Program-made: the position numbers and the translations under genes
Assembly: GCA_049517335.1 (NCBI GenBank)
Contig: JBEKSD010000012.1
Location: 1 to 58,377, forward strand
From: Candidatus Omnitrophota bacterium
Lineage (GTDB): Bacteria; Omnitrophota; Gorgyraeia; Gygaellales; Profunditerraquicolaceae
Direction: 5' to 3'
Length of the DNA: 58,377 nucleotides
Part shown: positions 46,745 to 56,005 of the stretch, piece by piece
Layout of the letters: the number at the start of each line of letters is the position of its first letter
How positions within the stretch are numbered: the stretch's first letter is position 1
The notes under the pieces: generated by a model
What the model was told of the DNA's origin: nothing
Database searches by the model: none
Seen by the model: only the letters and a program-made list of their open reading frames with translations

Positions 46745-49225
46745 ATGAAAATTCCTTATTTAAATAACTTAAGAGTCTTCTTTGTAGCCTTTGTAATCTT
46801 CGCAAGCTGTATAACTCCGCTTAGTTTTGCCCAACAAACTTCCAAAGAAGAAGAGACTCTCTTTGTCGCCAAGAAAGCCTTTGAAGACGGATTTTATGAA
46901 GTTAGCCTCGGGCTTTTTGAGCGTTTCCTTAAAGAATACCCTGATTCAGCTAAGAACGCGGAAGCTAACCTTTTAATCGGCGAATGTTATTTCCATCAAA
47001 GCCGTTTTCTTGACGCGCTTGCTAAATTTGAGGCTCTTCTCAATGACCCTAAAGCCCAGGATATAAAAGACGCTGTTCTCTATTGGATTGGAGAGGTGCA
47101 TTTTAAAGGCAATAATTTTGAGAAAGCCGCAAGTTACTATAAAATGGTTATTGATGATTTTCCTAAATCCTATTACGCGCCAGCCGCTTATTATTCACTC
47201 GGCTATTCGTTTTTTGAACAGCGCCAATACCGCGGGGCCATTGATGAGTTTAACGCCTTAAGCTCAAAATTTCCCAAAGAATCGCAGGTAAGAGATGCCG
47301 CATTCAAGGTAATTGAATGTTTTTATAACTTAAAAGATTACCCCGTTTTAAAAGAAAGGGTGAGGGATTATTTAAAAGCTTATCCCAAAGACACTTCCCG
47401 GATCCCTTATCTTTCTTTCTATGAAGCGGAGGCAAATTTCTACCTTGATAACTTTAATCAGGCAGCAGAGAATTACGCCAAGGTTATTAAGGAAGCAAAT
47501 GATCCTAAACTCGTTTCCCTTGCAAAATTGGGGCTGGGTTGGTCTTACTTGAAGCTTAAACGCTACAGTGATGCTGAAGGCACATTCTCGGATATCAATA
47601 CAGGGGATCTTGAGAAGAAAGCAGCTGATGTTTTATTTTTAGGCAAAGCGGTTTTAATGACTGAGACTAACAGGATAAATGAAGCAGCTTCTGTTTATGA
47701 CGAGTTGATAAAGACTTATCCTGAACCTGCCGTCTTAATCCAGGCATATATGGGCAGGGGCGAGGCGTTGTATAATCTCGCCAGATACGAGGAAGCGATT
47801 AAGATTTATAAAGAGGCCTTGGATAAAGCAAGCTCAGAAAATATCCCTTCGGAGATAATTGATAAATTGCACCATAGCCTCGCCTGGGCGTATTTGAAAC
47901 AAGGCGAATTTAAGGCGGCAATTAATGAGTTTCAGGATATAGTCAAGGAAAGCGACGATAAAACATTCAAGGTCAGCGCATTGTGCCAGATCGGCGATGC
48001 TTATCAGGATTCAGGCGATTACGCAAAGGCAATAAGCACTTATGACGCTATTTTAAAAGATTATCCCGACAGTTTCTATAGCGATTATGTGCAATACCAG
48101 CTTGGGCTTACCTTCCTTAAAGCTTCAAATTATAGCGGCGCGATATTGAGCTTATTGAATTTTAGGAAAAACTACCCTGCTTCAAAATTATTTGATAATG
48201 CCAGCTACGCTCTGGGGCTGGCTTATTTTCAAAAACAGGACTATGAGTCAAGCAGGCAGATTTTCGGCGGGTTTAATGAGTTTAAAGACACTGCCTTAAA
48301 GCAGCAGGCGATGTATCTTTTGGGCACGAACCTTTTTAATTTGGGTAAATTCGATGAGGCGATAGAAGTTTTCAAGAATTTAATCCGTTTATACGGGCAG
48401 GATAAACAGCTTGCGCAGAAAGCCGAATATGAAATCGCAGACTGTTATTATCAGATGGGGAATGAATCGGAAGCAATGAACAGGTTTAAGGCCCTGCGCT
48501 CAAAATATCCTGATTCAAGTTTAACCGCCGAAATTATCTGGTGGCTGGGAGAATATTACTACCGCCATAATGATCTTACCCTCGCCAGGCGTTATTTCAT
48601 GTCTTTGATTCAGGATTTCCCTAAAAGTAACCTCGTAGCCGATGCTTATTATGCCCTAGGCTCAAGTTACGAAGAGGAGGGTAAGCACGGGGAGGCTTTG
48701 GATAATTTTCAGAAGGTATTAAAGTCGGGAAAATCGGATTTGGCTGCGCAGGCAGCAGTAGCCATCGCGGACATTTATCTACAGGAAGGGAATACGGAAG
48801 AAGCGCTTAAGGCATACCGGGAAACCGCAGATAATTACCCTAATCTCGCCGGTTTAACTTATCCTAAGATTGGCGATATTTATTTCAGGAAATCCGATTA
48901 CGCCGAAGCGGTCAATTATTTCCGTAAGTCACTGGATTTACTCCCCATCCGCTCTGTGCCTGAGATTCACTTTAAGATCGGAGAGGCGCTGGAAGCGCAA
49001 GGTAGGAGCGATGAAGCTATAGAGGAGTACCTTAAAGTAACATATTTTTCTCAAACCGATAATTCACAGGTAATAAAGGCACTGCTGAGGATCGCCCAAA
49101 TTTATGAAGAAAGAAAGAACTTTCCTGATGCGATTAATGTGTATAAGAAAATCATTTCCATGAACGTAGAAGAAAGTAAATTTGCCGAAGAAAGAATTAA
49201 CTTGATTAAACAGCAGGTAAAATAG
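46745..49225 (+). CDS. Exported multi-TPR protein (CpoB/BamD-like repeats)
   Basis: Signal peptide followed by many TPR units with 'YPDS/FPKS' turns. Confidence 0.85.
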   Translation: MKIPYLNNLRVFFVAFVIFASCITPLSFAQQTSKEEETLFVAKKAFEDGFYEVSLGLFERFLKEYPDSAKNAEANLLIGECYFHQSRFLDALAKFEALLNDPKAQDIKDAVLYWIGEVHFKGNNFEKAASYYKMVIDDFPKSYYAPAAYYSLGYSFFEQRQYRGAIDEFNALSSKFPKESQVRDAAFKVIECFYNLKDYPVLKERVRDYLKAYPKDTSRIPYLSFYEAEANFYLDNFNQAAENYAKVIKEANDPKLVSLAKLGLGWSYLKLKRYSDAEGTFSDINTGDLEKKAADVLFLGKAVLMTETNRINEAASVYDELIKTYPEPAVLIQAYMGRGEALYNLARYEEAIKIYKEALDKASSENIPSEIIDKLHHSLAWAYLKQGEFKAAINEFQDIVKESDDKTFKVSALCQIGDAYQDSGDYAKAISTYDAILKDYPDSFYSDYVQYQLGLTFLKASNYSGAILSLLNFRKNYPASKLFDNASYALGLAYFQKQDYESSRQIFGGFNEFKDTALKQQAMYLLGTNLFNLGKFDEAIEVFKNLIRLYGQDKQLAQKAEYEIADCYYQMGNESEAMNRFKALRSKYPDSSLTAEIIWWLGEYYYRHNDLTLARRYFMSLIQDFPKSNLVADAYYALGSSYEEEGKHGEALDNFQKVLKSGKSDLAAQAAVAIADIYLQEGNTEEALKAYRETADNYPNLAGLTYPKIGDIYFRKSDYAEAVNYFRKSLDLLPIRSVPEIHFKIGEALEAQGRSDEAIEEYLKVTYFSQTDNSQVIKALLRIAQIYEERKNFPDAINVYKKIISMNVEESKFAEERINLIKQQVK

Positions 49226-49239
49226 AATGGGAGAGAGGG

Positions 49240-49875
49240 ATGATGGGTATTTATAAAATGAGTTTCTGGCAGGTTTTCCTTGCGGGCGGGCCGGTGATGT
49301 GGCCTATACTGCTATGTTCTGTAATTGCTTCGGCAATTTTCTTTGAGAAAATATTGTATTTAAATAGAGCCGGAATTGATATTCAGGGATTCTTAAATAA
49401 AATCTTGGAAAAAATGAAGCGCCATGAGATTAAAGAGGCTTTGGGGATTTGTGATTCGGTTAAAAGCCCAGTAGCAAATATTTTAAAAGCAGGGATTCTG
49501 AAATATGACCGCCCCAAAGAACAGATTATTCAGGCTATTTTAGACGCCTCTCAATACGAGGTCCCCTATTTAGAGAAAAATCTTCCTGTTTTGAATGTTT
49601 TAGCAAACACCGCTGTGCTTTTGGGCCTGCTGGGAACGGTTCTGGGCTTGGTAGTTTGTTTTCAGGCCATTCAGGCAAAGGCACAACTATATCAGGCGGT
49701 ATTGTTAGGCGATTTGGCAGGAGGCATTTGGGAGGCATTATTGACTACCATAGCCGGTTTGGTTGTGGCAATACCTGCTTTTCTTGCCTATAATTATCTT
49801 GCGGTCCGGATCAATAATTATATTTCGGACATGGAAAAAGCTTCAACTGAGCTGGTAAACTTTTTAACTGAATAA
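49240..49875 (+). CDS. MotA/TolQ/ExbB proton channel protein
   Basis: Motifs GGPVMWPILLCS, LLGLLGTVLG and AGGIWEALLTTIAGLVVAIPA. Confidence 0.92.
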   Translation: MMGIYKMSFWQVFLAGGPVMWPILLCSVIASAIFFEKILYLNRAGIDIQGFLNKILEKMKRHEIKEALGICDSVKSPVANILKAGILKYDRPKEQIIQAILDASQYEVPYLEKNLPVLNVLANTAVLLGLLGTVLGLVVCFQAIQAKAQLYQAVLLGDLAGGIWEALLTTIAGLVVAIPAFLAYNYLAVRINNYISDMEKASTELVNFLTE

Positions 49876-49885
49876 ATATAAGGCT

Positions 49886-50281
49886 ATGCGTTTTAAGACT
49901 AAGTTTAAATTGGAAGAGGGGTTTAAGCAGATAATTTTCGTCCCCTTTTTAGATATCATTATCCTTCTCGTGTTTATTTTTGCGCTTACCGGAGGCTTCA
50001 TTTTACGGCCAGGCTTAAAATTCAATCTACCGGTTTCGGTTTCAGGCAGCATAGCCGGGTTTGAAGAACTCGAAGTAATTATTAAGGCTGATTCAACAAT
50101 TTACCTGAACAGGAATGTAATCTCTACGGAGGAGTTGAAGCCTGTTTTTAAAGAGGCGGCCAAAAGGCGTATAGGGGTTTTAATCAAGGCGGAGAGCTCT
50201 GCGCCTTTAAGCAAAATAGCCGAGGTTTGTGATTATGCACGGCTCTCAGGGATAAGAGCGGTTAATATAGGGACTGATTAA
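49886..50281 (+). CDS. ExbD/TolR family protein
   Basis: PFLDIIILLVFIF transmembrane segment with the conserved Asp, plus VLIKAE. Confidence 0.88.
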   Translation: MRFKTKFKLEEGFKQIIFVPFLDIIILLVFIFALTGGFILRPGLKFNLPVSVSGSIAGFEELEVIIKADSTIYLNRNVISTEELKPVFKEAAKRRIGVLIKAESSAPLSKIAEVCDYARLSGIRAVNIGTD

Positions 50282-50889
50282 TGACTGGTACTGCTTTTAA
50301 AAGAATACTGGGCTTGTCATTATTATTCCATTTTACCCTCTTTAGCTTATTCAGTTTTTCCTTAAAAGGAAGGATTACAAATTTTGACTACACTTCTTTT
50401 TATTTCTTCGGCAGGCTTTTTACCCCAGGTTCGCTTATAATACAATCAAATTTTAAACTAGTCAAACCCAAGAGTTCCTTTTTCCACACCATTTCCCCGG
50501 AGCCTTTATTGCCGGCACCGCCATACTATAGGCCTGCGCTAGCCTCCGGCTTCCTGACTGAAAAAGAAAGTCTGCCGGGTAGCTTCAACTTGGCTGCTGT
50601 TGCGCCAAAAAGGAAACCACCGGAAATAATTTTTCATCCTGTCCTGCCTTATGGCTTCCCGCTTTATTTTAATGACCGGCAGGTAGCTCATGTTGAATTG
50701 AAGTTCAGTATTGACGACACTGATAACCCTAGTTATATCAAGATAAAGAGGAGCATTTCCTCCGGTAACCTTGAAGTTGACCTTTTGACCATGCGTTATA
50801 TTCAGAGGCACCTGTTTATCGAACGCCTGAAGTTTAAGCCGGCGAGCTGGCAGACGGTGAAGATTGACCTCTCGGAAAGAAATGATTAA
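50281..50889 (+). CDS. TonB/TolA-like energy transducer (putative)
   Basis: N-terminal TM with S..LH (LSLLFH), a Pro-rich middle, and a C-terminal V.L.F.I...SSGN..VD TonB_C-like motif. Confidence 0.6.
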   Translation: MTGTAFKRILGLSLLFHFTLFSLFSFSLKGRITNFDYTSFYFFGRLFTPGSLIIQSNFKLVKPKSSFFHTISPEPLLPAPPYYRPALASGFLTEKESLPGSFNLAAVAPKRKPPEIIFHPVLPYGFPLYFNDRQVAHVELKFSIDDTDNPSYIKIKRSISSGNLEVDLLTMRYIQRHLFIERLKFKPASWQTVKIDLSERND

Positions 50890-51103
50890 TATTGATTTCT
50901 CATACGCGATAACATTTTATATCTGCCTTTGCTTATGCGTAATTCTGTTCTTATGGGTTTTTAGAGGTAAGGTTAAGGATAAGGATTTGTTCCTTGACCC
51001 TAAGTTTATCTGGTTTTGTTCTATCTGTACTTATACCTATATTAATACCAAGGAGTTTAATATTACCACCTGCCCCAGATGCGGGAGTTATAATAAGAAA
51101 TAA
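50882..51103 (+). CDS. Small membrane-anchored zinc-ribbon protein
   Basis: TM helix followed by CSIC...CPRCGS. Confidence 0.7.
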   Translation: MINIDFSYAITFYICLCLCVILFLWVFRGKVKDKDLFLDPKFIWFCSICTYTYINTKEFNITTCPRCGSYNKK

Positions 51104-51104
51104 G

Positions 51105-51133
51105 TTGACCTGTATATTCCTTAAGCATATAAT
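51105..51133 (+). promoter_or_regulatory. Sigma70 promoter
   Basis: TTGACC, 17 bp, TATAAT. Confidence 0.7.
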
Positions 51134-51180
51134 GGCACTGTAGATATAAATAAAGAAATATAATAATCCTGGAGGGGAAT

Positions 51181-51387
51181 ATGATAACTGAAATCGGAAT
51201 AGTTGCTGGAGATATCTGGCATTTTCTGGATCAACACGGGGAAGTGGCTCTAAGCGCATTAGTCAGGGGCATAGATAGACCGCGCGATAACGTACTGATG
51301 AGTTTAGGTTGGCTTGCCAGAGAGGGCCACGTGCTGGTAACTCAAGTTGTAAACGATTACAGGATTTCCTTAAGGAAAAATGCTTAA
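51181..51387 (+). CDS. Small winged-helix protein (DUF2582-like)
   Basis: IGIVAGDIW..L...LGWLAREG pattern. GGAGG RBS. Confidence 0.8.
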   Translation: MITEIGIVAGDIWHFLDQHGEVALSALVRGIDRPRDNVLMSLGWLAREGHVLVTQVVNDYRISLRKNA

Positions 51388-51808
51388 GGCAGGGAATAAG
51401 GGTATTGTCCTTTTTATCGTTTTGATGACTGTGATTTTAGTCATAATCTTAGGCAATATTATTTTGGGCCTTATGTTCGGGCAAAACCGCTTTACCCACC
51501 ATAAAGTCAGCCGTATTCAGGCTTATTATGCCGGCCTTGCCGGCATAAGATATGCTGATGAAATGCTGAGGACAAATGTAAGCACTTGGATACCCACCCC
51601 TGATATCAGCACTGCCACGGTTGCCGGCAGGATATGCCGTTCTGCTACTACTTGTGCAGGTTATCCGCAGACAAATGATATTCTTGATACGACTTTGCCC
51701 GGGTCAGTCAATAAAGTTGATATTACCGTTTGGGGAATGGGTTCAGGCATCAACAATACCCGTAAAATTACCGCGACCGTCAATTACACTCCCGATTATA
51801 CTCCTTAA
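51380..51808 (+). CDS. PilX/GspK-like minor pilin
   Basis: Prepilin-like site NKG|IVLFIVL (no Glu5), a hydrophobic helix, and QAYYAGLAGI. Confidence 0.7.
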   Translation: MLKAGNKGIVLFIVLMTVILVIILGNIILGLMFGQNRFTHHKVSRIQAYYAGLAGIRYADEMLRTNVSTWIPTPDISTATVAGRICRSATTCAGYPQTNDILDTTLPGSVNKVDITVWGMGSGINNTRKITATVNYTPDYTP

Positions 51809-51863
51809 TAACTATCTTAAAAGTATTATAATCTAAGGGTTCTCTTGCATCTTAGTTGTTATG

Positions 51864-52760
51864 CTATGTAAGATGATGCTGCAACTCCCTCAAAAGCCCT
51901 TCCCAAGTTTTAAAGGGTAGTTTAGTCCCTGCCTCCTGTGCTGGCGTGGTATTCTTTAAAGTCATGTGCGGTCTGAAAAAGTTATAATTTATGACAAAAC
52001 CGTCTAATATTATCTTAGCGGTATCCACAGACTTGAAGGCACGAAGCACCTTTGTCCTTTCCTTCAGCGTGCCGTGAAAACGCTCTATGAGATTTGTATT
52101 TATCTCTGCCGTAAAACCCTGCGATTTGATATGTATGGCATGAGAGCCGAATACCCTTTTAAACCCCTTGTTATAGGCTAACCACTTATCAGAAAGGATA
52201 AAATCGGGGTATTTGCCCGCCCTATCCCATGCCTTTTTTAGCACGATAGCGACATCCTCAATAGTTCTTGCTGATGATATATGGGAAGCCAGAAGGAAGC
52301 GTGTCCTTTCATCTATAATGTCCCAAAACCACATATTTCTGCCGTTTATGTCTATGCCCGTCTCATCCACCACCCAAGTATTGCCTACATTGAGCTTGTA
52401 TCCCTTTAAGAGTTCCGTTGCCTTTTGGGAGTATTCCATAATCCAACGGTATATGGTGGAGGGGTTGACATTATCGGAGTATATGCCCTGTAATTGCTCG
52501 CTGATTTTAGTCGGGGATAGTCCGTCAAAGAACATGCTTAACGCCGCACCGATTTGGGCGGTGGGGGTGTGTTTGCCCTCAAGGGTGTCCTTTCCGCCGA
52601 ATTTACGCTTGCAGGTATAGCAGAAATACTGCTGTATGCCGTTCTGGATACCGTAGCGGACGACATTGTCAGAGCCGCAGAATTTGCACTTCATATCGGT
52701 GGTGCGGCAGAGGTGCTTGAAGTGGGTGCGTTTATCGGGATTTGAGGTTAGATGTCTCAT
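51864..52760 (-). CDS. IS6-family DDE transposase
   Basis: N-terminal CKFC...CYTC Zn ribbon, HTH (PSTIYRWI), and DDE motifs WVVDET, LSDK, NLIERFHGTLKER. An alternative start is ATG 52694. Confidence 0.9.
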   Translation of the reverse strand: MRHLTSNPDKRTHFKHLCRTTDMKCKFCGSDNVVRYGIQNGIQQYFCYTCKRKFGGKDTLEGKHTPTAQIGAALSMFFDGLSPTKISEQLQGIYSDNVNPSTIYRWIMEYSQKATELLKGYKLNVGNTWVVDETGIDINGRNMWFWDIIDERTRFLLASHISSARTIEDVAIVLKKAWDRAGKYPDFILSDKWLAYNKGFKRVFGSHAIHIKSQGFTAEINTNLIERFHGTLKERTKVLRAFKSVDTAKIILDGFVINYNFFRPHMTLKNTTPAQEAGTKLPFKTWEGLLRELQHHLT

Positions 52761-52762
52761 TA

Positions 52763-53518
52763 TTAGTTTTCAAAATTAGGTAAATCAACAAAACTTATAA
52801 TATTTATATTTTTTTTAATTTTATCTGGAATTTTTTCTCGTAGTGCTAAGTATCCATTTTTAACTAAAGTATATATATCTTTAAAAGCGGAATATTGTTG
52901 TTTATCAAAATCTTTAATGCTATTTTTATTATCTTTTAAATATTCAAAAATGTCTTGTATAATGAACCCAAACTCATTTAATTCATTCATAAGCATAGGT
53001 AAATTAAAAGATTCTTCAAAACCCACACTATAATGCTTATACCATTTTTCAATAAAATTACTTTTCGCATTTAAACAATCTTTTGACAATGGAGCTTCAA
53101 ATTTAATTGAATTTATAAACTTTTCAAAGTTATAATTATTACCTCTATTGGGAATTATATAACCAGAAAATTTATCTACAATGATTTGAAGTTCTTTCTT
53201 AAGTGGTATAATTTCTTGTTTTTGTTTTTCAAGGTCTACCAAAGGTTGCAATTCGTTAAGCCTGTTTTTTAATTCATCCGTATCCTGCTTCAATTTTTTT
53301 AATTCATCTCTATCTTTTTTACCTTTTTTATAAGGCATAATAAATATTAAACAAAATCCACTTAAAATCACGAATAACCAAGAAACAAATTTTGGAAGTG
53401 CAGTTTGCTTAAATAAACTATAAATAGCAATAATAAAAAGAATTAACTCTGACCAAAATTCATGTATTAACATACCAAGCATCTCCTTAACCCAAGAACA
53501 CCAGTCTCTAATATCCAT
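52763..53518 (-). CDS. IS passenger protein: two N-terminal TM helices, a coiled coil and an unknown C-terminal domain
   Basis: GGAGG precedes ATG 53518. Very AT-rich and inside the IS IRs. Its stop abuts the transposase start (TAATAATG). Confidence 0.75.
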   Translation of the reverse strand: MDIRDWCSWVKEMLGMLIHEFWSELILFIIAIYSLFKQTALPKFVSWLFVILSGFCLIFIMPYKKGKKDRDELKKLKQDTDELKNRLNELQPLVDLEKQKQEIIPLKKELQIIVDKFSGYIIPNRGNNYNFEKFINSIKFEAPLSKDCLNAKSNFIEKWYKHYSVGFEESFNLPMLMNELNEFGFIIQDIFEYLKDNKNSIKDFDKQQYSAFKDIYTLVKNGYLALREKIPDKIKKNINIISFVDLPNFEN

Positions 53519-53561
53519 GTTTTCCCTCCTTTGCTCTGTTTCCCTTCTTTTAGATAGGAAA

Positions 53562-53590
53562 AGCATAGCAAAAAAGGGCTATCTTGTCAA
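53562..53590 (-). promoter_or_regulatory. IS-internal promoter driving passenger and transposase
   Basis: Minus strand: TTGACA (53590-53585), 17 bp, (TG)TATGCT (53567-53562). The -35 overlaps the IR. Confidence 0.7.
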
Positions 53591-53700
53591 CTTAAATGCA
53601 AGAGAACCAATCTAAGTAAGTTTATTATAAAGTTATTATGCTTAGTTTATATCCTTGTACTTCTATAAGTAAGTCTAAGTAAGTATATATAAAAAAACAC

Positions 53701-53729
53701 TTGACAAAATAAGATTGTTATGTTTTAAT
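53701..53729 (+). promoter_or_regulatory. Promoter of the HTH-pil operon
   Basis: TTGACA, 17 bp, (TG)TTTAAT. Confidence 0.6.
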
Positions 53730-53769
53730 TAAATTCACTATGTTTAGTTAAGAAGAGAGGCTAAATTGC

Positions 53770-53970
53770 ATGGCAAGGCTTATCGACATTGATGAGTTGG
53801 CTGAGTATCTTAAACTTCAAAAACAGACTCTTTATAACTGGCTACATCAGGGTAAAATTTCCGGCATTAAAGTAGGCGGGGTCTGGAGGTTTGACCGCAG
53901 GGAAGTAGATTTATGGCTAAAGAGTAAAAGGCGCCTTAGCAAGGACGCTCTATCCGGAGAGAACCGATGA
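53770..53970 (+). CDS. Excisionase-like HTH_17 DNA-binding protein
   Basis: LIDIDELAEYL....TLYNW...GKI...KVGGVWRF. Confidence 0.88.
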   Translation: MARLIDIDELAEYLKLQKQTLYNWLHQGKISGIKVGGVWRFDRREVDLWLKSKRRLSKDALSGENR

Positions 53971-55493
53971 ATTCATTAGGCATATATTTTGGCCCAAAAT
54001 TTATAAATATAGTTGAAACTAAGAAAGAAAAACTCCTTAATAACATTCAGATCCCCCAATCTGTCATATCTCCCCGTGGCCTAGAAGAGCAGGTTCCGCC
54101 TGAGGTGAAGTTAACCGCTGTCTTTAAGGACGAATTAAGAAGAAATAAGATAGAGGTTAATAAAGCCGTATTTTGCTTATCCGGAAAAGACCTGATTATC
54201 AGGACTTTTGAGATGCCGATGATGCCCCACGAAGAGGCGGCGGCAGCCGTCAGTTTTGAAGCCAAGAAATACATACCCTTTAAAGTAGAAGAATTAATTT
54301 TTGATTACCAAATACAGGTTGACCGGATAACCCGCAAGAATTCAGTGCTTTTTGTGGGTATAAAGAAGGAAACCATAGATAAGTACGTTTCTTTGGCCCG
54401 GCAACTTAACATTAAAATTGTTGACCTTGAGTATTCCGCTTTTAGCCTGTTACGCGCGGTAAAACTGACAGGCGCGGAGGAAAAAGGCATAGTCGCGGTA
54501 TTGGGCGTGGATTTAAAAGAAGACGATGAAGCGAATTTTTCTGTTTTTGAGAATGGATTCCCGCTCTTCAGCCGCGATTTCTCCCTAAGCGGTGGGCTAG
54601 AAGAGCTGGGCAGGCCGCAGACTCATGATATTACCAAACTAATAGATAAACTAAAGAATGAAATCCGCTTCTCGTTTGATTATTACCAGCGTAAATTTTT
54701 AAACAAAGAGATTAAGAGGGTCGTTTTTATATCCGACCCTGAACTTACTTCCGAACTGTCCGTTTATTTGTCTGAGATGAATTTTTCCGTGAAAGCAATA
54801 GAGTTCCCAAAAATATCCAAGATTATGAACAAGCCTACTGCGTATTCCTTAAGTATGCTTAAGGGCTACAGCGCGGCTTTGGCCGAAGAATACAAAAAAA
54901 TCTTAAAAATCGACCTTCTCTTAGCTCAGGAAAAGCTTAAAGCTGTCCCTAAAGATAAACTCCAGTTTTCCCTGCTTGAGGGGTTAAAGATTGATCCAAA
55001 AATCGTTTTTACGGGTCTATTTATCTGTCTGGTAACTTATGGCTATGGTTTTTACAGGATGCACCCCTTGCAAAAGGTAATTGATACGGTTGTAAGGATG
55101 CGCTCACAGGTTGCCGGCATCAGTCCCACTGCAACAATAGAACAGTTAAGCCAGACTGAAGCCAGATACAGGAAGAAGCTGAATAATCTGGATAAAGCCG
55201 TAAAGAACCAGTTATTTGCGACTACCCTGCTTAATATAATTTCTAACCAGTTGCCTGACGGCGTCTGGATTGACGATATTTCTTTTGCCAAGTCATCTGA
55301 CGGCCAGTCATTAGATTTGTCGGGCAATTCAACCAATGATTTTGATTCGGTTAACAAGTTCGCCAATAACCTGATGAGCGACCAGAAGTTCAACAAATAT
55401 TTTTCCGAAGTAAACATAAATTCCATGGAGCGCAGCCAGATTGAAAATATCTCCATTGTAAGATTTTCAATCTCCTGTAAATCAAAGGGCTAA
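53967..55493 (+). CDS. Type IV pilus PilM-PilN fusion protein
   Basis: PilM-like N-terminus (LGIYFG, FEAKKYIPFKVEELIFDY), a TM, and a PilN-like C-terminus (LPDGVWI...L.G). Confidence 0.78.
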   Translation: MNSLGIYFGPKFINIVETKKEKLLNNIQIPQSVISPRGLEEQVPPEVKLTAVFKDELRRNKIEVNKAVFCLSGKDLIIRTFEMPMMPHEEAAAAVSFEAKKYIPFKVEELIFDYQIQVDRITRKNSVLFVGIKKETIDKYVSLARQLNIKIVDLEYSAFSLLRAVKLTGAEEKGIVAVLGVDLKEDDEANFSVFENGFPLFSRDFSLSGGLEELGRPQTHDITKLIDKLKNEIRFSFDYYQRKFLNKEIKRVVFISDPELTSELSVYLSEMNFSVKAIEFPKISKIMNKPTAYSLSMLKGYSAALAEEYKKILKIDLLLAQEKLKAVPKDKLQFSLLEGLKIDPKIVFTGLFICLVTYGYGFYRMHPLQKVIDTVVRMRSQVAGISPTATIEQLSQTEARYRKKLNNLDKAVKNQLFATTLLNIISNQLPDGVWIDDISFAKSSDGQSLDLSGNSTNDFDSVNKFANNLMSDQKFNKYFSEVNINSMERSQIENISIVRFSISCKSKG

Positions 55494-55495
55494 TT

Positions 55496-56005
55496 ATGGA
55501 CATCTTTGCAGTGATCCAAAAAAATAAAAATATGGTTCTAAGCATAGCGGTAATAATTTTAGCTATATATGTCTCCCTTAGAATTTATCAGGGGCAGGAG
55601 AGAGAGATAGCGAATTTAAAGAAACAGGCGCAGAACGAGGCTAAGAGCAATGAGATATTCAAAAATTTGACCCTCTTGGACGATAAGATTAATGTTTATA
55701 AGAGGTCTCTTAAAATAAAGAGCACGGGGGAAGTAATGAATAGCGTAAGCAAAATTGCAAAAAACGCGGGATTCAAGATAGATTCCATCCGTCCGATGGG
55801 CGAATCTGGAGGAGAGGATTATGTGAGGTTTTCGGTATCAGCGGTGATCAGTGCTAAGAGTTATAATCAGATAGGTGAATTTATGAGCAGGCTGGAGAAC
55901 GACCGCGCTTTTTTTAGCGTTGATTCGTTCAAGATTAACCGTGATAGCCAGGCAAAAGGGCTGGTGCTTAATTTCAGAGTAAGCGTAATTAAAGTCGCCG
56001 ATTAA
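55496..56005 (+). CDS. pilO: Type IV pilus assembly PilO-like protein
   Basis: TM plus coiled coil and the motif SYNQIGEFMSRLE, in operon position. Confidence 0.72.
   Translation: MDIFAVIQKNKNMVLSIAVIILAIYVSLRIYQGQEREIANLKKQAQNEAKSNEIFKNLTLLDDKINVYKRSLKIKSTGEVMNSVSKIAKNAGFKIDSIRPMGESGGEDYVRFSVSAVISAKSYNQIGEFMSRLENDRAFFSVDSFKINRDSQAKGLVLNFRVSVIKVAD

Larger units (their letters stand above)
51838..53608 (-). mobile_element. IS6-family insertion sequence with a passenger gene (1771 bp)
   Basis: IRs GGTTCTCTTGCATCTTAGTTG (51838-51858) and CAACTTAAATGCAAGAGAACC (53588-53608) match 19/21. An 8-bp target duplication AATCTAAG lies at 51830-51837 and 53609-53616. Confidence 0.9.

Noticed and set aside
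53770-53970. Excisionase-like gene as a sign of a prophage or ICE
   Set aside because: No integrase or phage genes are nearby, and it is translationally coupled to the pil operon.
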